From the NCBI GenBank assembly GCA_963793425.1, contig CAWCAG010000005.1:1472001-1536000 (forward strand): a stretch of 64,000 nucleotides of DNA, in the 5' to 3' direction. The DNA is from an uncultured cyanobacterium (GTDB lineage: Bacteria > Cyanobacteriota > Cyanobacteriia > Cyanobacteriales > CAWCAG01). This document shows positions 49,769 to 61,084 of the stretch, one piece after another. The number at the start of each line of letters is the position of its first letter. Positions within the stretch are counted from its first letter, which is position 1. Under the pieces are notes generated by a model, which saw only the letters and a list, made by a program, of their open reading frames with translations, was not told the origin of the DNA and did not search any database. Made by a program: the position numbers and the translations under genes.

Positions 49769-51130
49769 ATGAACTTACCAATAGTTGCTGTCATTGGCCG
49801 ACCCAATGTCGGTAAATCAACCTTGGTTAACCGCATTGCTAGCACCAGCAACGCAATCGTACACGACGAACCAGGCATAACCCGCGATCGCATCTATCAA
49901 CCAGCTTTTTGGCAAGACCGGGAATTTCTGGTGGTAGACACAGGAGGGTTGGTTTTTGATGATGATACAGAATTCCTCCCTTTAATTAGGGAACAAGCCT
50001 TCGCAGCCCTAACAGAAGCCAGTGTAGGAATTTTTGTAGTTGATGGACAAATGGGACCAACTGCTGGAGACATGGAAATTGCTGATTGGTTACGACAGCA
50101 AAGTGTACCGATTATGTTGGCTGTTAATAAGTGTGAATCTATTGACCAAGGAATTGTTCAAGCGGCCCAGTTTTGGGAACTGGGTTTAGGGGAACCCTAC
50201 CCCGTATCAGGGATTCATGGTAGTGGTACAGGAGAGTTCCTTGATAAATTGATCACTTATCTTCCTCAGCACGATATTCTGCCTGATAACCAAGAAATTA
50301 AAGTTGCTATAGTTGGTCGCCCTAATGTGGGCAAGTCTAGCTTACTTAATGCTTTCACCGGGGAATCTCGTTCTATTGTTAGTCCTATTTCTGGTACAAC
50401 CCGCGATGCCATTGATATGGTTGTGGAAAGAGAAGGAAAAATTTATCGTTTAATTGATACGGCGGGTATTCGTAAGAAGAAAAACGTTGATTATGGGGCG
50501 GAGTTTTTTGGTATTAATCGGGCTTTTAAAGCTATTCGCCGTGCGGATGTAGTTTTGATTGTTATTGATGCGGTGGATGGGATTACAGAACAAGATCAAA
50601 AACTAGCGAATCGTGTTATAGAAGAAGGAAGGGCAGCGGTTATTGTTGTTAATAAATGGGATGCGGTAGATAAAGATTCTTATACCATTTATGACTATAA
50701 AAAACACGTTGACGACCGTTTTTATTTCTTAACTTGGGCAGACAAGATTTTTGTTAGCGCCTTGACAGGACAGCGGGTGGAAAAAATACTTGATTTAGTG
50801 GATACTGCCGCAGAAGAGCATTCTCGTCGAGTTAGTACTTCGGTAATTAATGAAGTAATTCAAGAAGCAATTACTTGGCACTCTGCCCCCACTACCCGCC
50901 AAGGAAAACAAGGCAAAGTTTATTATGGTACACAAGTTAGAACTCAGCCACCGACTATTACCCTATTTGTGAATGATCCTAAACGTTTTACCGAAAATTA
51001 TCGCCGTTATATGGAACGTCAATTCAGAATTTCTTTAGGCTTCACTGGCACTCCTATGCGTTTATTATGGCGAGGCAAAAAGGTTCGTGATGTGGAAAAC
51101 AGAGGAGCAAATCGCGCTGTTAAAGTTTAG
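49769..51130 (+). CDS. der: ribosome biogenesis GTPase Der (EngA)
   Basis: Two GTPase domains (GRPNVGKS twice, DTGG/DTAG, NKCE/NKWD) and a C-terminal KH-like domain. Confidence 0.98.
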   Translation: MNLPIVAVIGRPNVGKSTLVNRIASTSNAIVHDEPGITRDRIYQPAFWQDREFLVVDTGGLVFDDDTEFLPLIREQAFAALTEASVGIFVVDGQMGPTAGDMEIADWLRQQSVPIMLAVNKCESIDQGIVQAAQFWELGLGEPYPVSGIHGSGTGEFLDKLITYLPQHDILPDNQEIKVAIVGRPNVGKSSLLNAFTGESRSIVSPISGTTRDAIDMVVEREGKIYRLIDTAGIRKKKNVDYGAEFFGINRAFKAIRRADVVLIVIDAVDGITEQDQKLANRVIEEGRAAVIVVNKWDAVDKDSYTIYDYKKHVDDRFYFLTWADKIFVSALTGQRVEKILDLVDTAAEEHSRRVSTSVINEVIQEAITWHSAPTTRQGKQGKVYYGTQVRTQPPTITLFVNDPKRFTENYRRYMERQFRISLGFTGTPMRLLWRGKKVRDVENRGANRAVKV

Positions 51131-51142
51131 GAATTCTCAACC

Positions 51143-52129
51143 ATGGATTTATTGCGATCGCTGCCTATTGGTCTTTATTTAGAACAACCTGTAACTTGGT
51201 TACATAATCTAGATCCTAGGGTTAAGCTAGCTTGGTTAATGAGTTTTTTAATTACCCCTATTTTAGCTAATCCTTTTTGGCGTTTAGGTTTAACGGCACT
51301 ACTAATTTTACTAACTATTTCTGCTGCCATTCCCCTAAGAGTTTGGCGACAGCAAATGGGTTGGTTATTGACCCTTTGTTTATTTATTTTTGTCATTACT
51401 TGTATTACTCCTGATGGTTTGGCTGTTGAACATACTAACCGCCTTCCTACCCAGGAATTAACTTTTCCTGCCTCAACTACCCCAGAAAAAGGAGCTGATA
51501 ATCCTTGGTATAATCCTTGGGGCTGGGGACAAAACAAAGTTCAGGAAAAAGCGCCGCAAATCTCTAACAAACCTGATAGTTATCGCTATGTTATTTTTGA
51601 AAAAGGTAGGGTAAAAATAACCCGACGCTCTCTGGATTTAGGCATTAGGGTTAGTACAATCTTCTTCACTTTAATTTATAGTACTAACCTTTATCTTTTA
51701 ACTACTGCCCCGGAAGAAATTACGGCGGGTTTAGAAGATTTGATGCTTCCTTTGCGACGCTTTAAAATACCTGTAACTGAAATTGCTCTAACTTTAACTC
51801 TTTCTTTACGCTTCATTCCTTTAGTATTAGAAGAAGTACAAAATTTAGTCCGTTCTATTCGTACTAGAGCTATTAACTGGAAAAAGTTAGGTATCCGCAA
51901 AAGTTTACAAGTTTGGTTAATGGTGACCGAAAAACTTTTAGAAAACCTGCTTTTACGAGCAGAACAAATTGCAATCGCCATGAATATACGCGGCTTTACC
52001 ACCCCCAATACCCACCGTGTTATTTGGCATCAATTACGCTTAAGCTGGAGAGATTGGTTAACTTTAGCTGGTTTGTTCTTTTTCTGGAGTGCTAGGTTTA
52101 TTTGGGGAGGGATGAACATTTATCATTGA
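51143..52129 (+). CDS. ECF transporter transmembrane component T (CbiQ/Ycf92-like)
   Basis: LH.LDPRVK, TT.PEEI, LSLRFIP, RTRA and IRG motifs. Confidence 0.9.
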   Translation: MDLLRSLPIGLYLEQPVTWLHNLDPRVKLAWLMSFLITPILANPFWRLGLTALLILLTISAAIPLRVWRQQMGWLLTLCLFIFVITCITPDGLAVEHTNRLPTQELTFPASTTPEKGADNPWYNPWGWGQNKVQEKAPQISNKPDSYRYVIFEKGRVKITRRSLDLGIRVSTIFFTLIYSTNLYLLTTAPEEITAGLEDLMLPLRRFKIPVTEIALTLTLSLRFIPLVLEEVQNLVRSIRTRAINWKKLGIRKSLQVWLMVTEKLLENLLLRAEQIAIAMNIRGFTTPNTHRVIWHQLRLSWRDWLTLAGLFFFWSARFIWGGMNIYH

Positions 52130-52193
52130 ACATTCATCATTTATCAGTGAAGAAAAGCTTTTAATGATTCCTTGGTAAAACTTTTCTTAACCT

Positions 52194-53111
52194 ATGAACA
52201 TGAATAGTGATTATCAATTTAACTATTATTTTCAAGGGCCTTGCGACGCAACTCCTGTTCTTTTCCTCCATGGCTTTATGGGGAATAGTCAAGTTTTTCA
52301 AGCTGCTATTTCTCTGCTTAAAGACCAGTTTTTTTGTTTAGCAGTTGATTTACCCGGCCATGGAAAAACTCAAGTTTTAGGAGAAGATGAAAGCTATTCC
52401 ATGGCTAATACGGCTTTAGGTTTAAAAAGCTTGTTAAGTGAATTAAATCTCAAACAGGCTTATGTAGTTGGTTATTCTATGGGAGGAAGATTAGCTTTAT
52501 ATCTGGCGCTCAACTTTCCTCAATATTTTCCTAAAGTAGTTTTAGAATCAGCTTCTCCGGGTTTACAATCTTCCTCGGCAAGGAAGGAGAGAATTAAACG
52601 CGATCGCCAGTTAGCAGAGGAGTTGGTTGAAGGAGATTTCGCGGAGTTTATAACTCGTTGGTATCAAAATCCTTTATTTAATTCTTTAATCAGACAGCCC
52701 AAATTTCCGCAATTAAGGGCCATGAGATTAGAGAATAATCCCCTCGAACTAGCTAAATCTCTACAATATTTAGGTACAGGAACTCAACCTTCTTTATGGT
52801 CACAACTTTCTAAGCATAATAACCCTTTACTCTTATTAGTAGGAGAGGGCAATCACAAGTTCAGAAATATTAATCAAAAAATGGCTAACCTTTGTCCTAC
52901 AGCCCAACTAAAAATAGTTCCTAACTGCGGTCATAACATTCATTTGGAGAATCTTGAGTTCTTTGTTGACAGCGTTGCTAAGTTTTTTGCTAATAGAAGC
53001 GTGGAAAAGTGGAAACAAAGCGACAACAACCAAGTAACTGAAAAATGCTCCCCAGCTCCCCAGCTCCCCAGCTCCCCATCATTCCCAAGAATCCAAATCA
53101 AGAGCCTTTGA
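52194..53111 (+). CDS. menH: 2-succinyl-6-hydroxy-2,4-cyclohexadiene-1-carboxylate synthase; C-terminus probably over-extended
   Basis: LHGFMG, DLPGHG, GYSMGGR, ESASPG, W.Q.PLF, GHN.H. Confidence 0.9.
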   Translation: MNMNSDYQFNYYFQGPCDATPVLFLHGFMGNSQVFQAAISLLKDQFFCLAVDLPGHGKTQVLGEDESYSMANTALGLKSLLSELNLKQAYVVGYSMGGRLALYLALNFPQYFPKVVLESASPGLQSSSARKERIKRDRQLAEELVEGDFAEFITRWYQNPLFNSLIRQPKFPQLRAMRLENNPLELAKSLQYLGTGTQPSLWSQLSKHNNPLLLLVGEGNHKFRNINQKMANLCPTAQLKIVPNCGHNIHLENLEFFVDSVAKFFANRSVEKWKQSDNNQVTEKCSPAPQLPSSPSFPRIQIKSL

Positions 53112-53450
53112 ACCTCCCCTTTCTAACTGTTGTAAAACCTTGCCCAACTGAGTCCAAATTAGCCAGCCAATTAATATAGTTAAAAACAGAGAAAGTCCGT
53201 AGGATAACCAGGGTTCAAAGCCAAAAATTTCTACTCCCGCAGCAAGAAAGATACAAATTCCTGCACATATACCCAAATAGGGCAAAAATAACTGAAAACC
53301 TTGTAAATCAGCTAAAGTATTACTCTTACGATCCTTTGACCATTGTTGTACTTTTTCTTTGAGAGTGCTTTCAAAAGCGACACCGCTAGTCATGCCAGCA
53401 AATAAACCGAAAACAAGTAAAAAATAAGGCGGTTCAGGAAAAAAGTACAT
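53079..53450 (-). CDS. conserved cyanobacterial 3-TM hypothetical protein
   Basis: PEPPYFLL…GVAFE.TLK…GGSKALDLD. Confidence 0.8.
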   Translation of the reverse strand: MYFFPEPPYFLLVFGLFAGMTSGVAFESTLKEKVQQWSKDRKSNTLADLQGFQLFLPYLGICAGICIFLAAGVEIFGFEPWLSYGLSLFLTILIGWLIWTQLGKVLQQLERGGSKALDLDSWE

Positions 53451-53482
53451 AGATTATGATCTTTAAATTAGTTTTTCTGGCT

Positions 53483-55183
53483 TTACTTCACTGCTGTAGG
53501 AATTAAAGCTGTCACTCTCTCGGCTGAGATCTCTCTCAAAGCACTTAGAGCAACATTAAATAATTTACCCGGTTTTAGGTCATCTTTGACTAAATTCCAC
53601 AACCTCTGCACTTCTTTGGTGTGGAGTTGATCATCTTCTACTAAGGCTAGTATAAGTTGATCTCTCAAGTAACGCCCTTCTTCAGACATGAGGTATTGTA
53701 ACCCTAGTTGTGCTGTGGGTAGAAGATCGAATTGATGATCAGAACGGGCGATCGCAATCATATTTTCTAAACGTTCCCATTGAAATTTCCCATCTTTCAA
53801 TAAAACTTCTACTAACCTACGTCTCAAGCCTGGAGAATTTCCGGTTAGTAGCTGGCGAGAGACATAGGGATAGGCAACCTCGACAATTTTAAAGTTAGGG
53901 TCTAAACTGAGGGCTAGGCCCTCTTGAGTAACCAGGGAACGAATAATTAGAGCGAATTTAGCTGGAACCCGGAAGGGATACTCATACATCAACTGAGAAA
54001 AATCATCAGTGATCGTTTTGAAGTTGAAGTCTCCTACACTTTCTCCTATGGCATTGCCCAACACCCTCTCTAAAGCAGGGACAATAGGTAGAATATCAAT
54101 ATCAGGAGTTAAGAAGCCTAGTTGGACATAATCTTGAGCTAAAGCGTAGTAGTCTTTATTAATAAGGTGAACTACTGAAATAGCTAAGGTTTCTTTGGTG
54201 ACTTCATCTAATTGATCCATCATGCCGAAGTCAATGAAAGCCATGCGCCCATCGTAGGTGGCGAAGAGGTTTCCGGGATGAGGATCAGCATGGAAGAAAC
54301 CATGTTCCAATAATTGGCGTAAGCCAGAAGTAACACCAATTTTAATAAAACTTTGGGGATCTAAACCCGCCGCTTCAATTTTGGCAATGTCCGTCAACTT
54401 AAAGCCGTCAATCCACTCTAAAGTCAAGACGCGGGTATTGGTATAACGCCAATAAATGGCAGGAACTTTAACATCTGGATCATCAGCAAAATTAGTAGCA
54501 AACTTCTCGCCATTACGGGCTTCGTTGATGTAGTCAATTTCTTCAAACAGTTTCTTACCAAACTCATCCACAACTAAGTTGAGATCATGACCTAAGTTGA
54601 GGGGTAATAAAGGCGCGAACCAACTCGCTGCCCAACGCATAATGTAGAGGTCAAGGGTTAAAGTAGGTAAAAGATTTGGTCTTTGTACCTTAATAGCAAC
54701 TTTTTCTCCTGTATGCAAAACGCCGCGATAAACCTGTGCTAAACTCGCTGCCGCCACAGGATGAGGAGATATTTCCCGATAAGCTTCGGCGACGCTACGT
54801 CCTAATTCTGATTCGATTTGGGCAAAGGCAATCTCGTTAGGAAAAGGAGGTAACTGATCTTGCAGTTTAATTAACTCTTCTAAAAAATCTTTACGAATTA
54901 AGTCTGGTCTGGTAGAAAGGGCTTGACCTACCTTAATAAAAGTCGGCCCTAAATCTGTGAGGATGTGTCGTAGTTGAATTGCTCTTTTATATTTATGCTT
55001 CTCTTCTTTGCCAAACCATTTATCCCATTGAAGACCAAAAACAAATCGACCGAAAAGCCAGATAACAGTTAAAGTTCGCCAGATCACTAACCAAGGTCGA
55101 TAACGATATTTCTGGGCTATTTCTTGAGCATTATAGCGTTGGCGCTGTTGTTGTTGAGAAGAAACTGTTTGATATTGACTCAC
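53483..55183 (-). CDS. AarF/ABC1/UbiB family kinase
   Basis: LGPTFIKVGQ, AAASLAQVY, VAIKVQRP, HADPHPGN, DFGM. Confidence 0.95.
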   Translation of the reverse strand: MSQYQTVSSQQQQRQRYNAQEIAQKYRYRPWLVIWRTLTVIWLFGRFVFGLQWDKWFGKEEKHKYKRAIQLRHILTDLGPTFIKVGQALSTRPDLIRKDFLEELIKLQDQLPPFPNEIAFAQIESELGRSVAEAYREISPHPVAAASLAQVYRGVLHTGEKVAIKVQRPNLLPTLTLDLYIMRWAASWFAPLLPLNLGHDLNLVVDEFGKKLFEEIDYINEARNGEKFATNFADDPDVKVPAIYWRYTNTRVLTLEWIDGFKLTDIAKIEAAGLDPQSFIKIGVTSGLRQLLEHGFFHADPHPGNLFATYDGRMAFIDFGMMDQLDEVTKETLAISVVHLINKDYYALAQDYVQLGFLTPDIDILPIVPALERVLGNAIGESVGDFNFKTITDDFSQLMYEYPFRVPAKFALIIRSLVTQEGLALSLDPNFKIVEVAYPYVSRQLLTGNSPGLRRRLVEVLLKDGKFQWERLENMIAIARSDHQFDLLPTAQLGLQYLMSEEGRYLRDQLILALVEDDQLHTKEVQRLWNLVKDDLKPGKLFNVALSALREISAERVTALIPTAVK

Positions 55184-55386
55184 GAATCTTCTGGAGCCTC
55201 TCTTTTAAACAATATTTAATGAAATTTTACTTTTAGTATACAAGATTTAGTATACAAAATTACACAATTCTGCTATCAGAGTGAAATAATCCCAATAGCA
55301 TGATGCTATAACTGCATACGTTACTGAGCTTTTACTCACTTCCCAGTCGGCTTTCTCATTTGTGAATATAGACGCTACAATAGGTA

Positions 55387-55400
55387 AATACCTTTGTACT
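55387..55400 (-). promoter_or_regulatory. putative cyanobacterial LexA box upstream of recA
   Basis: AGTACAAAGGTATT, one mismatch to RGTACNNNDGTWCB. Confidence 0.55.
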
Positions 55401-55566
55401 AATATATTCTTGTTTCTAAACTGCGAGACTGCTACCAATATCCGAGGAATGTTTACAATAAAAAAAGGTTTTCCTAGATAAATAGCTTCAGTAAGATTAA
55501 ATACAAAGTAACTAGTTTCAGTTTTTTAAAAAAAGTAAAAATTAACTAACACTTCTTGAGGCGCTA

Positions 55567-56700
55567 ATGGCTGCGACAACAATCACCAACAACTCCGACA
55601 AGGAAAAAGCACTCAGCTTAGTATTACAGCAAATTGAGCGTAACTTTGGCAAAGGTTCAATTATGCGCTTAGGAGATGCTACCCGTATGAGGGTAGAAAC
55701 AACTTCTAGCGGCGCATTAACTTTGGATCTAGCCCTTGGTGGCGGTTTACCCAAAGGAAGAGTTATTGAAATTTATGGACCGGAAAGTGCGGGTAAAACA
55801 ACCTTAGCCCTCCATGCCTTAGCAGAGGTACAAAAATCTGGTGGGGTAGCTGCTTTTGTTGATGCAGAACACGCCCTTGATCCTGTCTACTCTGCGGCTT
55901 TGGGAGTAGATATTGAAAACTTGTTGGTTTCTCAACCGGATACAGGAGAATCTGCTTTAGAAATTGTTGATCAACTAGTACGTTCTTCGGCAGTAGATAT
56001 TGTTGTTATCGATTCGGTTGCCGCTTTGGTTCCCCGTGCAGAAATTGAAGGGGAAATGGGAGATACTCAAGTCGGTTTGCAAGCTCGTTTAATGAGTAAG
56101 GCACTACGGAAAATTGCTGGTAATATTAGTAAGTCTGGTTGTAGCGTTATTTTCCTCAACCAACTACGACAAAAAATTGGTATCACCTATGGCAGTCCTG
56201 ATGTGACCACAGGAGGTAATGCCCTCAAGTTTTATGCTTCTGTGCGTTTAGATATTCGTCGCATACAGACCCTGAAAAGAGGCACTGAAGGGGATTATGG
56301 CATTCGGGCAAAAGTTAAGGTAGCCAAAAACAAGGTTGCCCCTCCTTTCCGCATTGCTGAGTTTGATATCATTTTTGGTCAAGGTATTTCTAGTGTTGGC
56401 TGTCTTTTGGATTTAGCAGAACAAACTGATGTGGTGGTACGCAAAGGTGCTTGGTATAGCTACAAAGGCGAGAATATTGCTCAAGGGCGCGATAATGCTG
56501 TTAAACACCTAGAAGATAATCCTGAAATTGCTTTGGAAGTGGAGCAACAGGTACGGGAGAAATTAGACATGGGGGCAGTGGTTTCTGCTAATTCTGTTAA
56601 ACCTTTAGAAACCGAATCTAGTTCGGAGACAAATGGTTCTGCTTCTGCTGGCAAAAGATCCAGGAAGTCTAAGAAGTCTGAGACAGATTCTGAGGAGTAA
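55567..56700 (+). CDS. recA: recombinase A
   Basis: [41 protein letters not shown]. Confidence 0.99.
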   Translation: MAATTITNNSDKEKALSLVLQQIERNFGKGSIMRLGDATRMRVETTSSGALTLDLALGGGLPKGRVIEIYGPESAGKTTLALHALAEVQKSGGVAAFVDAEHALDPVYSAALGVDIENLLVSQPDTGESALEIVDQLVRSSAVDIVVIDSVAALVPRAEIEGEMGDTQVGLQARLMSKALRKIAGNISKSGCSVIFLNQLRQKIGITYGSPDVTTGGNALKFYASVRLDIRRIQTLKRGTEGDYGIRAKVKVAKNKVAPPFRIAEFDIIFGQGISSVGCLLDLAEQTDVVVRKGAWYSYKGENIAQGRDNAVKHLEDNPEIALEVEQQVREKLDMGAVVSANSVKPLETESSSETNGSASAGKRSRKSKKSETDSEE

Positions 56701-56741
56701 TTATTAATTGCTAGTGGCTAGTGGCTAGTGGCTAGTTGTTT

Positions 56742-56801
56742 GAGGGCGGGTTTATTTAGTTTGAGGTTGATCTCGAAATTTGAATTGAAACCCGCCCCTA
56801 C
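56742..56801. repeat. REP-like hairpin GAGGGCGGGTTT…AAACCCGCCCCTAC downstream of recA
   Basis: Inverted repeat seen directly. Confidence 0.65.
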
Positions 56802-56868
56802 GAAACCTATACCTCTTTGCATATTCAGCAAAAAATAATATCCATTCTGAAGAAACTACAATTAATTT

Positions 56869-56882
56869 AGAACGTTTGTACT
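56869..56882. promoter_or_regulatory. putative LexA box upstream of the 57141 gene
   Basis: AGAACGTTTGTACT (reverse AGTAC-AAA-CGTTCT), near consensus. Confidence 0.5.
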
Positions 56883-57140
56883 GGAAAATTTTGTTAAAAC
56901 GGTAAAAAAGAGCAATAACACCCTTGAAAAATCGCTTTTAAGGACGCACCTTTTCCACCTCATACATAATATCATGTCGAGGGAGAAAAATGCAATAGGT
57001 CATAAAAATGATAGCTAATCTGCCACTTTCAACCAACAACTGTACACCTTGCTATTTCCATAGACATCAGTTATCACTGATCATTGTAAGGCTTGCCTTT
57101 GCCGCAGGCATTATTGATAACTGATCATTGATAGCTTTTC

Positions 57141-58184
57141 ATGGTTCAAACTTCTCCTTCCCCTAATGAAATTGCCGAAGCCTTAGAAACCCCTGTAGAC
57201 TTTAGCTTTGACCTTCCTGACCCAGAAGACGAAGAAATTGAAGAATTTGATTTTCAACAGCAATTAGATATTGCTTGGAAGGTTTGCGAACGCTTTGATT
57301 TGCAAACTGATATTTGGCGAGGGAGAATTTTACGTTCTATACGCGATCGCGAGAAGAAAGGCGGCGAAGGGAGAGGGGAAGGTTTCATTAATTGGTTGAA
57401 GCAACGGGAATTTACCAAAAGCCAGGCCTACTCTTTAATTCAATTAGCTAATAGTGCCGATACCCTTTTGGAAGAAGGACAACTTGATCCTGAAGCAATT
57501 AATAATTTCAGTAAGCGGGCTTTTGTAGAGACAGCGAAATCTGCTCCGGAAGTGCAGAAGTTAGTTAGCGAAGCCGCCCAACAAGGGGAACATATTACCC
57601 GGCGAGAGGTTAAGCAACTTTCTGATCAATGGACAGCTATGAGTTCCGATTTGCTACCGGAGGAAGTGAAGGAGAAAGCCGCCGAAGGTTCTCTTCCTCC
57701 CCGTCATCTCGCTCCCTTGGTTAAGGAGATGGAAAAGTTACCGGATTTGCATCTTAAGGAGATTCAAAGAGAAATTGCTGCTAATCCAGAGGTGGATACA
57801 GTAAAAACCTTAACTACCGATGCCCGTAACTTAGCTAAATATCTTGATGCCGCAGCACAGGTACAAACCTTAAATAGAGCTTCTTTAGATTTGGAGTTAG
57901 CTTTGGAGGAAGCGTTGCGTTTAGATTGCTTAAACACAGCCGCAGACTTAGTTAAACAAGCCACCAACTTAGAACAAACCGTAGCCAAATTATTTACTAC
58001 CTGGAAGCGTTTAGGCAACCTTGCAGACCGTTTATATGTAGATACTGGGGCAAGTAACCCTCACCTGCGATCGCTCCTTACTTGTCTAGAAACTTTGACT
58101 AATGAAGTGATTGAGGTGCATTTAGATGATGCTGGGGATAATATAGTACGGCTGCGGGTTATGGATGAGTCTGGTCAAAAGTAA
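57141..58184 (+). CDS. conserved cyanobacterial hypothetical protein (acidic, helical)
   Basis: 347-aa ORF; CERFDLQTDIWRGRILR…FSKRAFVETAK. Confidence 0.85.
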   Translation: MVQTSPSPNEIAEALETPVDFSFDLPDPEDEEIEEFDFQQQLDIAWKVCERFDLQTDIWRGRILRSIRDREKKGGEGRGEGFINWLKQREFTKSQAYSLIQLANSADTLLEEGQLDPEAINNFSKRAFVETAKSAPEVQKLVSEAAQQGEHITRREVKQLSDQWTAMSSDLLPEEVKEKAAEGSLPPRHLAPLVKEMEKLPDLHLKEIQREIAANPEVDTVKTLTTDARNLAKYLDAAAQVQTLNRASLDLELALEEALRLDCLNTAADLVKQATNLEQTVAKLFTTWKRLGNLADRLYVDTGASNPHLRSLLTCLETLTNEVIEVHLDDAGDNIVRLRVMDESGQK

Positions 58185-58619
58185 CAAGTAATAAGTTTGG
58201 ACAGGATATAGTAAGGGAGATGGGGGGAAATTAAAGTCCGTTACCGATGAGAATGAAGGGCGACCAATAATAGGGATGATTAAGACCACTAACAAAAGTA
58301 GGGTGGGCAAAAGAAGGTCACAGTAAAAATTAGTTGGTAACCCAATTATCTTTGCCCACCATTAGTTAATAAGCTACTTCATGGCAGAGCGATTGCCAGA
58401 AATCCAGCTTATTAACCTTAGTAAGATAAGGTGGGCAAACATAGGTGAATTTTTGATGCTTGTTATATCCCAAATCCTGTTTAAATAGCATAAGTTATCG
58501 GTGAGGGTAGGGAGTAGGGTTGGCGCACTTCCTTGCCGTAGGCTACAGGCAGTAGGGTTTGAAAACTTTTTCGGTGAATTTTGTATTTGGTTTTTAATAA
58601 CCGGATTTGGTATAAGTAA

Positions 58620-58693
58620 TGGCTCAAGGCAGATTTGAACTGCCGACCTTGGGCTTATGAGTCCCCTGCTCTAACCAACTGAGCTACTGAGCC
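58620..58693 (-). tRNA. tRNA-Met (CAT), elongator type
   Basis: Minus strand GGCTCAGTAGCTCAGTTGGTTAGAGCAGGGGACTCATAAGCCCAAGGTCGGCAGTTCAAATCTGCCTTGAGCCA folds as a cloverleaf with a CAT anticodon; no encoded CCA. Confidence 0.93.
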
Positions 58694-58763
58694 GTAATAT
58701 TAACAACAGTTTTTGATTCTAACATAAGAAGGGCTTTTCTTTCCAATCTTTCCAATTTTTTGC

Positions 58764-58797
58764 AAAAAAAAAGGGGGAGTCCTAAGACTCCCCCTTT
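58764..58797 (-). terminator. intrinsic terminator of the LysM-M23 gene
   Basis: AAAGGGGGAGTC-CTAA-GACTCCCCCTTT stem with a poly-U tract on the minus strand. Confidence 0.85.
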
Positions 58798-58828
58798 CTT
58801 TTTTAGCTATTTTAGCTATTAAGTTAAA

Positions 58829-61084
58829 TTAGCGTTTCTGTAAGTAAGCCATTGGGTTAACAGCACTCTTACCACCAGGATGAACTTCAAAGTGTAAGTG
58901 AGGTCCTGTACTATATCCAGTACTACCCATATCAGAAATATGCTGACCTTGTTCCACTTTTTGTCCGCTTCTGACCACAACGCGGCTATTGTGACCATAG
59001 CGAGTCATCGTCCCATCGGGGTGACGAATTTCTACTAAGTTACCATAACCACCAGAGTTCCAGCCGGCTGTAATAACTTCTCCAGGACCGGAAGCAACAA
59101 TAGGAGTTCCAGTTGGAGCAGCAATATCAATACCTTTGTGCATTCTTCCCCAGCGCATACCGTAACCGGAAGTGAGAACACCCTTAGCCGGCCAGCTATG
59201 GCGACCATTCCAAAGATCAGGACTATCAGGAAGATACTCATCTGGTGCGGCTAGAGGAGGTAAGTCAGGGCTGACCACCTCTCCCACTGGAGGCTTAAGC
59301 AAGGAATTGTAAGTATCAGCCGGAGCAGGGGCTACTGCCACAGTTTTTGGTTCTTCGGCAACGACTGTTTCCTCTTCTTCTTGAACAGGAAGTGTTACTG
59401 GTATAGAAATAGCTGCATTAGCATTAGGCTTTTGAACAGATATTGGGCTGAGGGAATTAGCTGTAGGTGCTGTTACTTCAACTTTTTCTGTTTTCTCAGT
59501 AGAAGTTGGTACTGGTATGGAGCTAATATCACTCAGAATCGGCTTTTGAACAGGCTGCCTACTAATAACATTTTCCCGCAGATCCTGTACCTCTACCACT
59601 AAAACTTGACCATTGCTACGGTCTGTTTGCCACTCAGTATTAATCTGTGCAGCAACTTCAGTTCTAGAAGAAGTCTCAGCAGAAGCGACAAGAGTATTAA
59701 CTTGCTGCTGAGGTTGGTATTGAGCTTGTAGCCTGACAATATCTTGCTGTAGGGGAGACTGGTTTACCTCCACCTCTTCTACAGTATCTTCTGGTTTGTT
59801 GCTAGTCACTCCAGGAAGAGTATTAACAGCGACTGTACTATTATCAAGGCTCTGGCGAGCGCTCCGAGCAATTTGAGGATTGGGAATAGTTATTGCTTGG
59901 TTAATAACTATTCGGTTCGGGTTATCAAGTTGATTAGCCTCAACTAACTCTGTTAAACTTAAACCATACTGGCGAGCAATTTCGTCAACGGTTTCTCCTG
60001 GCCTAACACGATGCACTTTTGTTGCTTCTGTTGCTACGGTTACCGGGGGAACAACTACCGGAGTTTCTGTAGCTACTTCCGACTCAGCTTCTGGCTGTGC
60101 TTGAGGTGTAGGAACTGGAATTGCAACAGGAACTTGGCTAGCGGCTTCTGGTTGTACCGTAACTGAATTTTCTGGCTGGGGTACGGGAATAATTACTGAT
60201 TGTGGCTCTTGGAGAGTAGATGGTGAAGCGGCTATTTGAGGAGCCTTAATTTGCTCAGTTGGCTCTTGGTCTGTCTGTAGCTTAGCTAAACTATCTTTTA
60301 GCTTGCCCTGCTCCTGCTTAAGGTTTTCTAGGGCTGTTTCTTGTTTGTTTTTCAGTAAAGTATCTACTTCACCAGGGATAGTTACTAATTCACCTTCAGC
60401 AACAGAGGATTCAATTTCTTCAGACTCTATTCCATAGTCTTGAGATAAAGAGGCTACTGTTTCGCTAGCTTCTACCTGATGAACAATACCGTTGGTTTCA
60501 GGAATATCTAAGCTCTGCCCTACAGAAAGGTTAGAAGTAGGAGCAATTTGATTAGAAGCAGCTATTGCTTCAGGAGTTACTTGATATGCTTTAGATATTT
60601 GCCAGAGAGTTTCCCCGGATTTAACTTCATGGTGATGATAGCTTTGGGGAACCTTCGCGATTTCTTGCTCCGACTCTATTTCAAGAGTAGGTTGGACAAC
60701 AAAATCTTGGCTTTCTACTAAAGCTTCTTCTGTTTCTTCCACAACAGAGAGGTTTTCTACCTCTTCTTGGGTAGAAACAGCCGCAGTTTCCCAATCTGGT
60801 GTGGTTGAGCCGCTATCTACTTCTTCTGGTGTAGATAGTGTGTCAGCCAAAGAGGATTCAGCAGCTACTGCTTCATCACTTTGACCAGGTAGCAATACAC
60901 CTGTTGCGCCCATGGAAATGGCTAAACCAATCATGGCAGCAGAGGTGAAAGCTCGGCGGTTACCTTCATTAGAAACAAGGGTGTCTTCAGTAAGAACTTT
61001 TTGAGAGAGATTGGCCAAATCTCCTAAAGAGTCTACTGGACAGGGATTAGTAGGTTTAGCCTTCTGGGTAAACAAGCGTTTCAA
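58829..61084 (-). CDS. LysM-domain M23 family peptidoglycan DD-endopeptidase (NlpD-like)
   Basis: H.VKSGETLW and H.VRPGETV LysM domains; HKGID, YGH and HLHFE M23 motifs. Confidence 0.93.
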   Translation of the reverse strand: MKRLFTQKAKPTNPCPVDSLGDLANLSQKVLTEDTLVSNEGNRRAFTSAAMIGLAISMGATGVLLPGQSDEAVAAESSLADTLSTPEEVDSGSTTPDWETAAVSTQEEVENLSVVEETEEALVESQDFVVQPTLEIESEQEIAKVPQSYHHHEVKSGETLWQISKAYQVTPEAIAASNQIAPTSNLSVGQSLDIPETNGIVHQVEASETVASLSQDYGIESEEIESSVAEGELVTIPGEVDTLLKNKQETALENLKQEQGKLKDSLAKLQTDQEPTEQIKAPQIAASPSTLQEPQSVIIPVPQPENSVTVQPEAASQVPVAIPVPTPQAQPEAESEVATETPVVVPPVTVATEATKVHRVRPGETVDEIARQYGLSLTELVEANQLDNPNRIVINQAITIPNPQIARSARQSLDNSTVAVNTLPGVTSNKPEDTVEEVEVNQSPLQQDIVRLQAQYQPQQQVNTLVASAETSSRTEVAAQINTEWQTDRSNGQVLVVEVQDLRENVISRQPVQKPILSDISSIPVPTSTEKTEKVEVTAPTANSLSPISVQKPNANAAISIPVTLPVQEEEETVVAEEPKTVAVAPAPADTYNSLLKPPVGEVVSPDLPPLAAPDEYLPDSPDLWNGRHSWPAKGVLTSGYGMRWGRMHKGIDIAAPTGTPIVASGPGEVITAGWNSGGYGNLVEIRHPDGTMTRYGHNSRVVVRSGQKVEQGQHISDMGSTGYSTGPHLHFEVHPGGKSAVNPMAYLQKR

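Noticed and set aside
44204..52129. cas genes or a Cas12k/Tn7-like system near the array
   Set aside because: All flanking ORFs are recognisable non-cas genes; no tns or cas motifs seen
58620..58693. tRNA as an integration site for an island
   Set aside because: No duplicated tRNA 3' end and no integrase seen in the window
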